IMG/VR virus record: IMGVR_UViG_3300029760_000001
Direction: 5' to 3' (one strand)
DNA from: a virus
DNA length: 64,000 nucleotides
Part shown: one piece after another, positions 48,119-57,920 of the stretch
Position numbering within the stretch: the stretch's first letter is position 1
How the letters are laid out: each line of letters begins with the position of its first letter
The notes under the pieces: generated by a model
Databases searched by the model: none
What the model saw: only the letters and a program-made list of their open reading frames with translations
What the model was told of the DNA's origin: nothing
Position numbers and translations under genes: made by a program

Positions 48119-48826
48119 ATGGCAAAATATTTAATGAAATATAAAGGTACTTACAGACTAAAAGCTGCAATAGATCAAAGTACCAATGATTATCCCAGAG
48201 ATGATTCTGGAGGAATAGATCCAAGTTTTGATGATATTTATATTAAGTGTTATGGTGGTGCTCAAATATATCATTATGGTTTTTCTACTCTTGTAGCTTA
48301 TATCCCATCTATAGGAAGAGGACACAATATTTTAAAAGCTATAGCTAATGATATTGGGTTACCGGAATATGAAACTTATGAAGAATTATATAAGGCACTT
48401 GAAGATGAAGGAACTGTACGAAGTATCATGGAAAACGACAAAGAAATAGAGTTTAAGTTCCATGCTCGTAAGTTAGAATACATAGCACTTTTTCTTAAAC
48501 CTGCGATTGCAGGAGCTGATATTAGTCCTTTCTCGACTAAGAACTTACCCAAATGTGATTACCCTATTCCTGAGGAAGATTTAGCAGAATACAACGCTAT
48601 TTTGGATTCTATGGACAGTAAGGATTACTTGTTAGTCTCTAGGGTAACCGATGCTTTTTTGACCAATAAACTTCAAAAAAGTAAGCAGTATAGGACAATT
48701 GATTTGAAAAAAGATATGAAGAAAAAATGTTTAAAAACTAAAGAATATATCCATTCATTAGGCGAATGGAATGAATATATTGAATATTTAAAAAAGGAGA
48801 TTTGTAAATGCGGATCGAAAGATTAA
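48119..48826 (+). CDS. hypothetical protein
   Basis: 235 aa. Confidence 0.45.
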   Translation: MAKYLMKYKGTYRLKAAIDQSTNDYPRDDSGGIDPSFDDIYIKCYGGAQIYHYGFSTLVAYIPSIGRGHNILKAIANDIGLPEYETYEELYKALEDEGTVRSIMENDKEIEFKFHARKLEYIALFLKPAIAGADISPFSTKNLPKCDYPIPEEDLAEYNAILDSMDSKDYLLVSRVTDAFLTNKLQKSKQYRTIDLKKDMKKKCLKTKEYIHSLGEWNEYIEYLKKEICKCGSKD

Positions 48827-49260
48827 CTTACGTTACTGAAAATGGAGAGATTTTGTTCCACCCAGACGGTTATCCATCTGATAAAGGACTTACAATTAAG
48901 CAACTTGCAAAAAACAAAAGATGGAAAATTCTTAATAAAATTGCTCGTCAATTAGCAAATTATGAACAATCTGACAATATTAAACAATCAATAAAATTAA
49001 GTAACGATATAATACTTTATTATATTGATTTTATATGGTCGAAATGTCATAAAGGAATAGAACACGATGGATATAGTGATGAATGTAACCATTGTAACGA
49101 CTATGGATGTAGTAGTAAGAAAGAATACTATATAGACACGATTAACCTTATTAGTCACTTGGATTATATTTCTAAAAAGGATATTGGTAAAAAATACTTT
49201 TTTACGTATGAAGAAGCACAAACTAAACTAAAAGAATTGCAAAATGCTCATTTAATATAA
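48808..49260 (+). CDS. hypothetical Cys/His-containing protein
   Basis: 150 aa. Confidence 0.4.
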   Translation: MRIERLTYVTENGEILFHPDGYPSDKGLTIKQLAKNKRWKILNKIARQLANYEQSDNIKQSIKLSNDIILYYIDFIWSKCHKGIEHDGYSDECNHCNDYGCSSKKEYYIDTINLISHLDYISKKDIGKKYFFTYEEAQTKLKELQNAHLI

Positions 49261-49315
49261 AGTTATACTCAGATAATATATACATTAAATTACATACAAA
49301 AAGGAGATTAATAAT

Positions 49316-49846
49316 ATGGCAAAAAGAGTAGCAAGATTTGAGAAAGTTACATACAGACAGTTTGAAAAAGATTGGATTGATGCATTTAATGTTCCTGAAC
49401 TAAATATGTCAACTAGGCGAAATATTAAGGATATTTATGATGCAATTACGTTACCTAAAAGAGCAACAAAAGGCAGCGCAGGATATGACTTTGTAAGTCC
49501 TTTGACATTTACTTTAAAGCCGGGTGAAACCATTAAAATTCCTACAGGGATCAGATGTGAAATGAACATAGATTGGGTCCTAATGTTATATCCTAGAAGT
49601 GGATTAGGATGCAAATATGGGTTAAATCTCATGAATCAAACAGGTATTGTGGATTCAGATTTTTATTACAGTGATAACGAAGGACATATCTTTGTTAAAC
49701 TGAAAAATAATGGTGATAAAGAATGTACAATTAGAGAAGGTGACAATGTTGTACAGGGAGTATTTTTAGAATATGGTATTACTATTGATGATGAAGTAAC
49801 AGGCATAAGAAATGGTGGATTTGGAAGTACAACAAAGAATAAGTAG
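49316..49846 (+). CDS. dut: dUTP diphosphatase (trimeric dUTPase family)
   Basis: KGSAGYDF (motif I), RSGLG (motif II), GIVDSDFYYSDNEG (motif III) and the C-terminal RNGGFGST (motif V). Confidence 0.65.
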   Translation: MAKRVARFEKVTYRQFEKDWIDAFNVPELNMSTRRNIKDIYDAITLPKRATKGSAGYDFVSPLTFTLKPGETIKIPTGIRCEMNIDWVLMLYPRSGLGCKYGLNLMNQTGIVDSDFYYSDNEGHIFVKLKNNGDKECTIREGDNVVQGVFLEYGITIDDEVTGIRNGGFGSTTKNK

Positions 49847-49860
49847 AGGTGTAAACGCTT

Positions 49861-50337
49861 ATGAAGAATAGAGAGAAATTTGCTAAAGAGATTTTGGATA
49901 TTGCTTGTAATGGTAGGAGTATAGCAGTAACAAAAGAAAATAAAATCGCTTATTGTAGTAATATATCATGTGAATCATGCATGTTTGATGATTGTGGTAA
50001 ACATATTGGACGTTCACAGGCATGCTCCGATCGATTACGTGAATGGGCTGAATCAGAATATGTAGAGAAACCTACAATTACATCAAGAGAAAAGAACTTC
50101 CTTGATGCCCTTCTGTCTAATTGTAAATATATTGCAAGAGATATCAATAATGATCTTTATATTTACTATAATAAACCAAGACGTAATTCTATGAATGAAT
50201 TGTGGATAACTGAAGATAGTAATTATTTTTATGTATCAAGAGATATGTATGGTAATATGTTTAACTTCATTAAATGGGAGGATGAAGCACCTTGGGGCAT
50301 TGAAGACTTGAAAAAATTAGAGGTGAGAGACGAATAA
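49861..50337 (+). CDS. hypothetical Cys-rich protein
   Basis: 158 aa. Confidence 0.4.
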   Translation: MKNREKFAKEILDIACNGRSIAVTKENKIAYCSNISCESCMFDDCGKHIGRSQACSDRLREWAESEYVEKPTITSREKNFLDALLSNCKYIARDINNDLYIYYNKPRRNSMNELWITEDSNYFYVSRDMYGNMFNFIKWEDEAPWGIEDLKKLEVRDE

Positions 50338-50532
50338 CATATGATTACAACAGACAGAGAAAAAGCTATATGCGAAAAATATAGCGCATATGATAAAAAT
50401 AATCGTGTCCATTGTAATGAGTGTCCACTTAGTAAAGGGAATCCTACTCAATATGACTTCCGGTGCAAAGCGAACAGTCATTATAATAGACACACTCGTG
50501 CATGGGAATATGATGATTAAGAAAGGATAATT

Positions 50533-50775
50533 ATGAAGATTCGTTTAAACAATTCTACAGATGCTAAAACTGTAGTATCTATTGCAAATAAATTTAAAGA
50601 TTGTGATATTGATGGTAGTATAGGACGATGCATTATAGATTTGAAATCTATATTAGGAGTATTATCATTTGGCCTTCCGAAAGTAATTGATGTTACAGTA
50701 AGAAGCGATGATAAAGCTTTAGTTAAAGAATTTGAAGATAGTGTAATGTTCTGGAGGTGCGATGACGATGGATGA
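50533..50775 (+). CDS. HPr/Crh-like phosphocarrier-fold protein lacking the His15 site
   Basis: ANKFKDCDI...GRCIIDLKSILGVLSFGLPKVIDVTVRSDDKAL aligns to HPr ASKYDADV...[36 protein letters not shown]. The Ser46 region is conserved, but the His15 position is occupied by TDAKT. Confidence 0.5.
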   Translation: MKIRLNNSTDAKTVVSIANKFKDCDIDGSIGRCIIDLKSILGVLSFGLPKVIDVTVRSDDKALVKEFEDSVMFWRCDDDG

Positions 50776-50950
50776 AATGTTAACTCCAACAGATATACAA
50801 AAACATCTTAAAATAGGACGTAACAAGACATATCAGCTTATTCAATTAAGTTCTTTCCCTAAAATAAAGATAGGAAATACATACAGGATTCCTAAAGAAA
50901 AGTATCTTAAATGGATATCTGATAATATACGTAAAACAATATTTTTATAG
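50762..50950 (+). CDS. xis: Excisionase / HTH_17 DNA-binding protein
   Basis: 62 aa; LTPTDIQKHLKIGRNKTYQLIQ...IKIGNTYRIPKE is an Xis-type winged helix. It is convergent with int. Confidence 0.6.
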   Translation: MTMDEMLTPTDIQKHLKIGRNKTYQLIQLSSFPKIKIGNTYRIPKEKYLKWISDNIRKTIFL

Positions 50951-50959
50951 TAAAAAAAT

Positions 50960-50996
50960 GGGAGCTATATCGAAATGATATAACTCCCTTATTTTT
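50960..50996. terminator. Bidirectional rho-independent terminator between xis (+) and int (-)
   Basis: GGGAGCTATATC-gaaatg-GATATAACTCCC stem (one mismatch) followed by TTATTTTT. Confidence 0.55.
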
Positions 50997-52188
50997 AATC
51001 AAGTAAATTTATGACTTCTGATTTATGTTTATTCATGATATGCATATATATGTTATAAGTTGTGGAAACATCTTCATGTCCGAGTATCTCTGATATCACC
51101 TTAATATCTACAGGCTGGTTCTGTTCCCATCCTTTCTGCAGCAGCATGGACCCAAATGAATGTCTGAGATCATGTAAGCCGAAGCCATTAGATTCAATAT
51201 CAGCTCTCTTGAGGATCGCTTTAAGCGTCCTAGTAAGAGTTGACTGTGATGGTGGAATATTATTTTCAGTTACGAATATGTGATCATCTCCGGATGCTTT
51301 TAAGCCAGGAGAGACAGTTTTAAGCCAGAGCAGCTGTTCCTTTGCACGATTTGCCAGAGGAATGACTCTGATTGACTTAGGACGCTTTGGTGTATCTATG
51401 AGCCACTGATATTTGCCATCTACTTTGATACGCTCCATTGTCTTATCTATGTTAATGGTATTATTCTTAAAATCTATATCTTTCCATGTGAGAGCATAAG
51501 CTTCTCCTATACGCATGCCAGTATAAAGAACTAACAGACAGAACCTGGCATTACGTCCATAGATGTAATCACCTGTCCTTACGCCGGGCAAAGCAGAATC
51601 TGCTTTCATAAGAGCCGTCTTATAAAACTTCTCAGCTTCTTCTAAAGATAAGAAAGAATGTTCTTTCTTCTGTACTGCATATTTTGACTTATGCGGCATC
51701 TTAATCCCTTTTGCAGGATTCTCTGTGATAATATTACAGGATACAAGATAGTCGAAAACAATATTGAAAAGAGTGCGTGTCTTTTTAACAGTGCTCTCAG
51801 AATATTTCTTCGACATATTTGTATAGTATGTTTGAATGACAATCTTGTCTATAGCAGCCATCTGGACATCAGCAATCGGATTAGTTTTAATATAGCAGCG
51901 ATTTGTAGACTGAAGAGTAGCATAGTTGTTCGTCTTGAAGGTTGGCTCCAATGTCTGCAGGATATTATCTATGCATTCCCCAAGAGTCATCTTACGATAA
52001 TCTTTTTGGTTAACCCTCATACTCTTAGCTTCAAATTCTTGTATCTTGCGTCTTACATCAGCTTTTGTCCTTCCTACAAATTCTTTCCGGCTTGTCATAC
52101 CATCATATTTCTTACGGTACCTATAGTATGTAATGTCATTCTTTGTTACAGTATCCCATGATCCTGAACCTTTTTCCCTTCTTGCCAT
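50995..52188 (-). CDS. int: Tyrosine-type site-specific integrase (phage integrase family, N-terminal arm-binding domain)
   Basis: C-terminal catalytic HDLRHSFGSMLL...Y; N-terminal MARREKGSGSW arm-binding motif. ATG 52188 has a GGAGGG RBS, so the track start at 52257 is over-extended. Confidence 0.85.
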   Translation of the reverse strand: MARREKGSGSWDTVTKNDITYYRYRKKYDGMTSRKEFVGRTKADVRRKIQEFEAKSMRVNQKDYRKMTLGECIDNILQTLEPTFKTNNYATLQSTNRCYIKTNPIADVQMAAIDKIVIQTYYTNMSKKYSESTVKKTRTLFNIVFDYLVSCNIITENPAKGIKMPHKSKYAVQKKEHSFLSLEEAEKFYKTALMKADSALPGVRTGDYIYGRNARFCLLVLYTGMRIGEAYALTWKDIDFKNNTINIDKTMERIKVDGKYQWLIDTPKRPKSIRVIPLANRAKEQLLWLKTVSPGLKASGDDHIFVTENNIPPSQSTLTRTLKAILKRADIESNGFGLHDLRHSFGSMLLQKGWEQNQPVDIKVISEILGHEDVSTTYNIYMHIMNKHKSEVINLLD

Positions 52189-52299
52189 ATACATCCCTCC
52201 GTTGTGTAAATTTACACTAATTTTACTTACAAAATAAAAAACTTTACTTTTTTCCAAAATTATGATAATATGAATTATGTGTTAAGTAAATTATAGCAT

Positions 52300-52400
52300 A
52301 CGGATAAGGATGAAGCAATAATTATTTCCCCCTTATCAATGCGGGAAATGAAATATTCCCCCTTATTTCACCCTTATGAATTAAATTTAATAGGGTGAAA
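52300..52400. repeat. Cluster of direct/inverted CC(C)TTAT repeats (TTATTTCCCCCTTAT, TATTCCCCCTTATTTCACCCTTAT, inverted TAGGGTGAAA) - candidate integrase arm-type binding sites / att region
   Basis: Seen directly in sequence, between int and tRNA-Arg. The phage-to-host compositional shift occurs near 52.4-52.6 kb. Confidence 0.45.
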
Positions 52401-52530
52401 GAGGTACAAACTAACACGATTAGGTATCAAGTTTGACAACTGAATATCTCTTATAAAATTGTTTTAAAGCCAGTAAAATCAATACTTTCCAGTATTTACA
52501 AGGGTTTTAAAAGATTGATTTTCAAGATAC

Positions 52531-52602
52531 GCGCCTGTAGCTCAGTGGATAGAGCAGTGGTTTCCGGTACCATGTGCGGGGGTTCGATTCCCTTCAGGCG
52601 TG
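52531..52602 (+). tRNA. tRNA-Arg (anticodon CCG), likely the integration target
   Basis: Acceptor GCGCCTG/CAGGCGT (G1:U72); D-arm GCTC-AGTGGATA-GAGC; anticodon stem GTGGT/ACCAT with loop TTCCGGT; T-arm GGGGG-TTCGATT-CCCTT; no encoded CCA. Confidence 0.7.
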
Positions 52603-52725
52603 CTGCCTGGGACGTATGTACAGTTCCGGTGCGTTGTATCACAGGAGTTATCAGAATCGGGAACTGTCAGAAATCGTATGCGGCAGTGAACGGAGCAAAC
52701 GGTAACTCATAAGGAGGACAAGAAC

Positions 52726-53631
52726 TTGGATGATTTTAGAGAATGGTTATCAGATAATCTCCGGTATTTTATGCTGGGTGGAGCTATTCTGATAATTGTG
52801 GTTGTCCTGTTTTGCGGCATTCGAGCCTGTTCCGGAAGTAATAAGGGGAATTCCGGAGATGAACAGAAAACCACATCCGAAGACCAGGGAAATGTTCCTT
52901 CTTCTCCGATAAGTGAAGGGGAGTCTGACGAGAAGAAAGAAGACGCCAATCCCATGGAAACAGCAGATGCAGATGTTACTGCATTGATCACGAGCTATTA
53001 TCAGGCTCTGGGGGAAAAAGATATTGCAACGCTGAAGACTCTGGAAGATGATTTTACACCGTCTGACGAGTCAAAAGTCACAAATTTGAAAGATTATATC
53101 GAAGGGTATGAAGTAGGCGATGTGTACACGAAGAAAGGTATGACAGATGATTCTTACGTGGTTTACGCCTGTTTCTCGTATATCTGTCAGGGCGTTGAGA
53201 CCAAGGCCCCTGCACTGACTCAGTTCTATGTATATAAGAACAGCGAAGGAAACTGGGTGATCAATAACGGAGCTTTACAGGATTCTGAGATTTCCGCATA
53301 TATGGAAAAACAGTTATCAGACAGTGATGTTTCAGCTCTTATAAAGAAGGTGCAGAATGAACTGGATCAGGCACAGCAATCTGATCCGTCTCTTGAAGAA
53401 TTCCTGAATGGTCTTGGGGAGGAAGCAGGTGTGTCAACAGAGGCAGAAGATGGCACGATGCTTACTGCTTCGGAGGAATGTAATGTACGCGCAGAAGCCA
53501 GCACAGATGCTGATATCCTTGGCGTGATCTCAGCAGGTGATCAGGTTCAGAAGACAGGTACTGATGGTGAATGGGTTCAGATCGACTACGACGGTCAGAC
53601 CGGATACATCAGAGGAGATTTACTTGAATAA
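52726..53631 (+). CDS. membrane protein with C-terminal bacterial SH3 (SH3_3) domain
   Basis: N-terminal TM helix, a Ser/Glu-rich linker, and a C-terminal ECNVRAEASTDADILGVISAGDQVQKTG..GEWVQIDYDGQTGYIRGDLL SH3b motif. Host-like GC content. Confidence 0.6.
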   Translation: MDDFREWLSDNLRYFMLGGAILIIVVVLFCGIRACSGSNKGNSGDEQKTTSEDQGNVPSSPISEGESDEKKEDANPMETADADVTALITSYYQALGEKDIATLKTLEDDFTPSDESKVTNLKDYIEGYEVGDVYTKKGMTDDSYVVYACFSYICQGVETKAPALTQFYVYKNSEGNWVINNGALQDSEISAYMEKQLSDSDVSALIKKVQNELDQAQQSDPSLEEFLNGLGEEAGVSTEAEDGTMLTASEECNVRAEASTDADILGVISAGDQVQKTGTDGEWVQIDYDGQTGYIRGDLLE

Positions 53632-53641
53632 AATTGAATAT

Positions 53642-53700
53642 GGAACGTAAAAAATACAGGCGGTTATCCTTGTGGTAACTGCCTGTATTTTTTACGTTCC
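53642..53700. terminator. Bidirectional intrinsic terminator (26-bp perfect stem flanked by A- and T-runs)
   Basis: GGAACGTAAAAAATACAGGCGGTTA-tccttgtgg-TAACTGCCTGTATTTTTTACGTTCC, lying between convergent genes. Confidence 0.7.
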
Positions 53701-53779
53701 GTTTTTCTGACATTGTTCTTGTCAGCTTCTGCCGGAGATTTTGCTGTTCTTATTACTTTTCGCAACTTCCGCAAGGGAC

Positions 53780-55024
53780 TTACTTGATTCGATTAAATTC
53801 ACCGTATGTAACTCCTGTCGATAATTTTGTCTGATGCAGGGAAGCCAGTTCGTGCACTGTTACAAGCTGATAGCCTTCTTCGATAAGCTGCGGAATCAGG
53901 ATCTCGGCTGCATCTACAGAGGTGCTGAAGATATCGTGCATCAGAATAATGGAACCATCTTTTACATTATTCATGACTTCCTCAACCGTAGATTCCACAT
54001 CCTGCGTTTTCCAGTCCAGAGTGTCAATGGACCACAGAATCATCGGGGTTCCCACAGTTGATTTTACCGTATCATTAACAGATCCATATGGCGGGCGGAC
54101 CACCGAAGCTCCCTCACCTGTAAGATTTACAAGCTGTTCATCCACTCTTGCAATTTCTGAACTGATCTCATCCGAAGAAAGAGTCGCCAGATCCTTATGG
54201 TCATAAGTGTGGTTTCCAAGTTCACAGCCCAGTTTTTTCATGCGTTTTACTTCGTCCGGAAAACTGGCAATCTCAGTACCCACCATAAAGAAAGTTGCCT
54301 TTGCATTATTTTCTTCCAGACAGTCCAGAAGACGGTCTGTAAAAGAACTGGGACCATCATCAAAAGTAAGGGCGACCGACTTCTTTGCCGTAGATGTACC
54401 GGACTTGTCAGAGGTGTCTGACTTACCTGAAGATTTCTTCTTCGAGGATTTTTTCTTTGGTGTATAATCTTTCAGAGAACCATCTGTATCCAGTTCATAA
54501 GTTTTCTTATCTATTATCACAGTCCCTGTCTGCAGAATGCCATCCATATCAAAATAATACCGCTTCTTTCCGATATCTGTCCAGCCTGTCTGCATAATAC
54601 CGGTCTCATCCATATAGTACTGTTTCCCGTCTGTATCTGTGAACCATCCTGTGTATGGCTTATCATCTACCAGAAACATCCAGTTACTTCCACTGGAAGC
54701 CCAGCTGCCCTCTGATGCCTCAGGCGAGATATCGGTGCTTAATGCAGGACCGCCCGGAGAAGCTTCAGATGAATCTGAAGAAGTGCGTCCAAACAGTTTC
54801 CCGGAAGAAGAATCCGTAAAATTATCATTGCTATCAGTCAATGTTTCCTCAGAAGTAAACTCCGCAGAATCCTGATCTTCTGACACGAAAGCTCCGGTAT
54901 CGCTGATGGCATCTGCCTGTGAAGTCACAGCGGAAGAACGGGTGAAAATTCCTCCAAGTATCAGACACAGAATAACAGAAAGTGCGATCAGCCACCGGTT
55001 TGTACGTGGTAAATGATCTGACAT
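53780..55024 (-). CDS. Polysaccharide/peptidoglycan deacetylase (NodB homology domain) with N-terminal cell-wall-binding repeats
   Basis: LTFDDGPS...HTYDHKD form the NodB motifs. Choline-binding-like repeats (GWFTDTDGKQYYMDETGIMQTGWTDIGKKRYYFDMDGILQTG). Signal/TM at the N-terminus. Confidence 0.7.
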   Translation of the reverse strand: MSDHLPRTNRWLIALSVILCLILGGIFTRSSAVTSQADAISDTGAFVSEDQDSAEFTSEETLTDSNDNFTDSSSGKLFGRTSSDSSEASPGGPALSTDISPEASEGSWASSGSNWMFLVDDKPYTGWFTDTDGKQYYMDETGIMQTGWTDIGKKRYYFDMDGILQTGTVIIDKKTYELDTDGSLKDYTPKKKSSKKKSSGKSDTSDKSGTSTAKKSVALTFDDGPSSFTDRLLDCLEENNAKATFFMVGTEIASFPDEVKRMKKLGCELGNHTYDHKDLATLSSDEISSEIARVDEQLVNLTGEGASVVRPPYGSVNDTVKSTVGTPMILWSIDTLDWKTQDVESTVEEVMNNVKDGSIILMHDIFSTSVDAAEILIPQLIEEGYQLVTVHELASLHQTKLSTGVTYGEFNRIK

Positions 55025-55167
55025 GAAAGCCTCCTTTTTGATAAAATCAATGACAAAAAAGATATCCTGTCATTCGATATCATACAATAAAATCTGACAA
55101 AATACAAGGCGATTCCCCATTCCTGCCCTTTTGAAAAAAATTCCAGAAAAATTTCACCGTTGATAAG

Positions 55168-56139
55168 ATGTACAAAAAATTATATAATAGAACAATGGAC
55201 GAAAAAATCAGAATAAACAAATATTTAAGCGAGGCAGGCATATGCTCCAGACGGGAAGCCGACCGGATGATCGAAGAGGGAAGGATTACGGTAAACGGAA
55301 AAAAAGCAGAAAGCGGTCAGAAAGTCAGCCTGGAAGATGAGGTCTGTGCAGACAATATACCTGTCCATAAAAATGAAAAAAAAGTACTGCTTCTTTTTAA
55401 CAAACCCAGAGGGATCGTGTGCAGTACAAAGCAGCAGTTTGATGAGACAACGGTAACAGATTATCTGGATTATCCTCTGCGTGTTTATCCTGTGGGCAGA
55501 CTGGATAAAGAATCACAGGGCCTTCTCCTTCTGACAAATGAAGGAGATCTGGTCAATAAGATCATGCGCGCCGGAAACTATCATGAGAAAGAATATTTTG
55601 TGACAGTGAATAAGCCGGTGGACAGGGAATTTGTCCGAAGGATGAGCAAGGGAGTCCCTGTTCTTGATACAGTGACCAGACCATGCAGAGTGGTGCAGAC
55701 AGGAGAATGCAGCTTTCGGATCATTCTGACACAGGGACTGAACCGGCAGATCCGCAGAATGTGCCGGTATCTGGGATATGAGGTACAGAAGCTGAAAAGG
55801 ATCAGGATCATGAATCTGACTCTGGACGGGATCAGAGAAGGCGAATACAGAGAGATCACAGCACAGGAATGGGAAGAACTGAACCATTTACTGGAATCTT
55901 CCACAAGTGAAACAGTGATCAGAACAGGAGAACAGAATGGAAACAGCAGCGATCATGCGAATGAAAGAGCTGGTGCAAAAGCTGGACAGGGCAGCAAAGG
56001 CGTATTACCAGCAGGATACAGAGATCATAAGCAACAGAGAGTACGATCAGATGTACGACGAGCTTCAGGCTCTGGAGAAAGAGACAGGCACTGTTCTGGC
56101 AAACAGCCCAACCATAAGCGTAGGGTACGAGGCAGTTGA
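55168..56139 (+). CDS. rluF: Pseudouridine synthase RluF/RsuA family (S4 domain + catalytic domain). The ORF as read runs ~200 nt into ligA in another frame
   Basis: S4 motif INKYLSEAGICSRREADRMIEEGRITVNG and catalytic VGRLDKESQGLLLLTNEGDL. The recognisable domain ends near 55920; the low-complexity R/G-rich tail beyond that is probably a read-through artefact. Confidence 0.6.
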   Translation: MYKKLYNRTMDEKIRINKYLSEAGICSRREADRMIEEGRITVNGKKAESGQKVSLEDEVCADNIPVHKNEKKVLLLFNKPRGIVCSTKQQFDETTVTDYLDYPLRVYPVGRLDKESQGLLLLTNEGDLVNKIMRAGNYHEKEYFVTVNKPVDREFVRRMSKGVPVLDTVTRPCRVVQTGECSFRIILTQGLNRQIRRMCRYLGYEVQKLKRIRIMNLTLDGIREGEYREITAQEWEELNHLLESSTSETVIRTGEQNGNSSDHANERAGAKAGQGSKGVLPAGYRDHKQQRVRSDVRRASGSGERDRHCSGKQPNHKRRVRGS

Positions 56140-57895
56140 CCAGCTTCCAAAAGAAGAACACGAATCCCCCATGCTGTCTCTGGACAAGACTAAGGACAGA
56201 GAAGTTCTGAGGGAATTTATCGGGGAACACAAAACGCTTCTGTCATGGAAGCTGGACGGACTGACGATCGTTCTTACCTACGAGAATGGAGGACTTGCCA
56301 AAGCAGTTACACGTGGAAACGGTGTGACAGGAGAGGTTGTCACCAATAATGCCAGAGTATTTAAGAACGTTCCTCTTAAAATCCCGTATCAGGGAAGACT
56401 GGTGTTACGCGGGGAAGCGATCATTACCTATTCAGACTTTGAACGGATCAATGAATCCATAGAAGACGTTGATGCGAAATACAAGAATCCGAGAAACTTA
56501 TGCAGCGGTTCTGTCCGCCAGTTAAACAATGAGATCACAGCCCGCAGGAATGTGCGTTTCTACGCATTTACGCTGGTAAGCGCCGACGGGGTTGATTTCC
56601 ATAATTCAAGAGCCCGGCAGTTTGAATGGCTGAAAGAACAGGGATTTGATGTAGTGGAATACAGGACAGTCACAGCTTCAACGCTGGATGAAGCCATGGA
56701 ATATTTTTCAACTGCGATCACTGAGAATGATTTTCCGTCGGACGGACTGGTTGCTCTTTATGATGATATTGCATACGGAGATTCCCTTGGAAGAACGGCG
56801 AAATTTCCCAGAAATGCTTTTGCATTCAAATGGGCAGATGAGATCAGAGAAACCCATCTTCTGGAGATCGAATGGAGCCCGTCAAGAACAGGGCTGATCA
56901 ATCCGGTGGCTGTTTTTGAACCGGTTGAGCTGGAGGGAACCACTGTGAGCCGCGCCAGCGTACACAATGTGAGCATTCTAAAAGAATTGCAGCTTGGTAT
57001 CGGGGATACGATCACTGTATATAAAGCAAATATGATCATTCCGCAGATTGCAGAAAACCTCACACGCAGCAGTAAACTGGAAATTCCGGATACCTGCCCT
57101 GCATGTGGCCATGGAACACAGATACAGAAGGTAAATGATGTGGAGGCACTTTACTGTACAAATCCTGACTGTGCCGCAAAGAAGATCAAATCCTTTGCAC
57201 TTTTTGCAAGCAGGGATGCCATGAACATTGACGGACTGTCAGAAGCAACACTGGAGAAATTCATTGCAAGAGGCTTTATTCATGATTTCGGAGATATTTT
57301 TGAGATTGGAAAGCATCGTGATGAGATTGTGGAGATGGACGGATTCGGGGAGAAATCCTTTGAGAACCTGATGACCAGCCTTGATAAAGCTAAGGAGACT
57401 ACTCTTGCGAAGGTGATCTACAGCCTTGGAATCGCCAATATCGGTCTTGCCAATGCAAAAGTGATCTGCAGGCATTTTGATGATGATCTGGAGAAGATCC
57501 GTCATGCAGATAAAGAGGAAATCAGCTCTATTGATACCATCGGACCGGTAATTGCCGGAAGTCTGACTGATTATTTTTCAAACGAGGATAATAACAGAAA
57601 ACTGGATCATCTGATGAGCCATCTGACTGTTAAGAAAGAAGAAAAGACAGGTGAGCAGATTTTCCGGAACATGAATTTCGTTATCACAGGAAGTGTGGAG
57701 CACTTTGCAAACAGAGCACAGGCAAAGGAATTTATTGAGTCTCTGGGAGGCAAGGTGACCGGATCAGTAACATCGAAGACGAACTACCTGATCAATAATG
57801 ACACAACTTCCAATTCTTCAAAGAATAAAAAAGCCAAAGAACTGGGAATTCCGATCCTTTCTGAAGAAGATTTCCTGAAGATGGCACAACAATAA
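55937..57895 (+). CDS. ligA: NAD-dependent DNA ligase LigA (host, intact)
   Basis: 652 aa: Ia domain, adenylation domain, OB fold, CPACGHG...CTNPDC zinc finger, HhH and C-terminal BRCT. AGGAGA RBS. Confidence 0.9.
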   Translation: METAAIMRMKELVQKLDRAAKAYYQQDTEIISNREYDQMYDELQALEKETGTVLANSPTISVGYEAVDQLPKEEHESPMLSLDKTKDREVLREFIGEHKTLLSWKLDGLTIVLTYENGGLAKAVTRGNGVTGEVVTNNARVFKNVPLKIPYQGRLVLRGEAIITYSDFERINESIEDVDAKYKNPRNLCSGSVRQLNNEITARRNVRFYAFTLVSADGVDFHNSRARQFEWLKEQGFDVVEYRTVTASTLDEAMEYFSTAITENDFPSDGLVALYDDIAYGDSLGRTAKFPRNAFAFKWADEIRETHLLEIEWSPSRTGLINPVAVFEPVELEGTTVSRASVHNVSILKELQLGIGDTITVYKANMIIPQIAENLTRSSKLEIPDTCPACGHGTQIQKVNDVEALYCTNPDCAAKKIKSFALFASRDAMNIDGLSEATLEKFIARGFIHDFGDIFEIGKHRDEIVEMDGFGEKSFENLMTSLDKAKETTLAKVIYSLGIANIGLANAKVICRHFDDDLEKIRHADKEEISSIDTIGPVIAGSLTDYFSNEDNNRKLDHLMSHLTVKKEEKTGEQIFRNMNFVITGSVEHFANRAQAKEFIESLGGKVTGSVTSKTNYLINNDTTSNSSKNKKAKELGIPILSEEDFLKMAQQ

Positions 57896-57920
57896 AATAA
57901 TAAGAACAGGAGATAAGATA

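Noticed and set aside
52431-52460. Possible host promoter TTGACA...TATAAAAT upstream of tRNA-Arg
   Set aside because: Spacer length is non-optimal and it lies about 95 nt upstream. It is plausible but too weak to list as a feature.
53834-54875. Series of short + strand ORFs (53834-54875) antisense to the deacetylase gene
   Set aside because: They are opposite-strand shadows in a GC-richer host gene.
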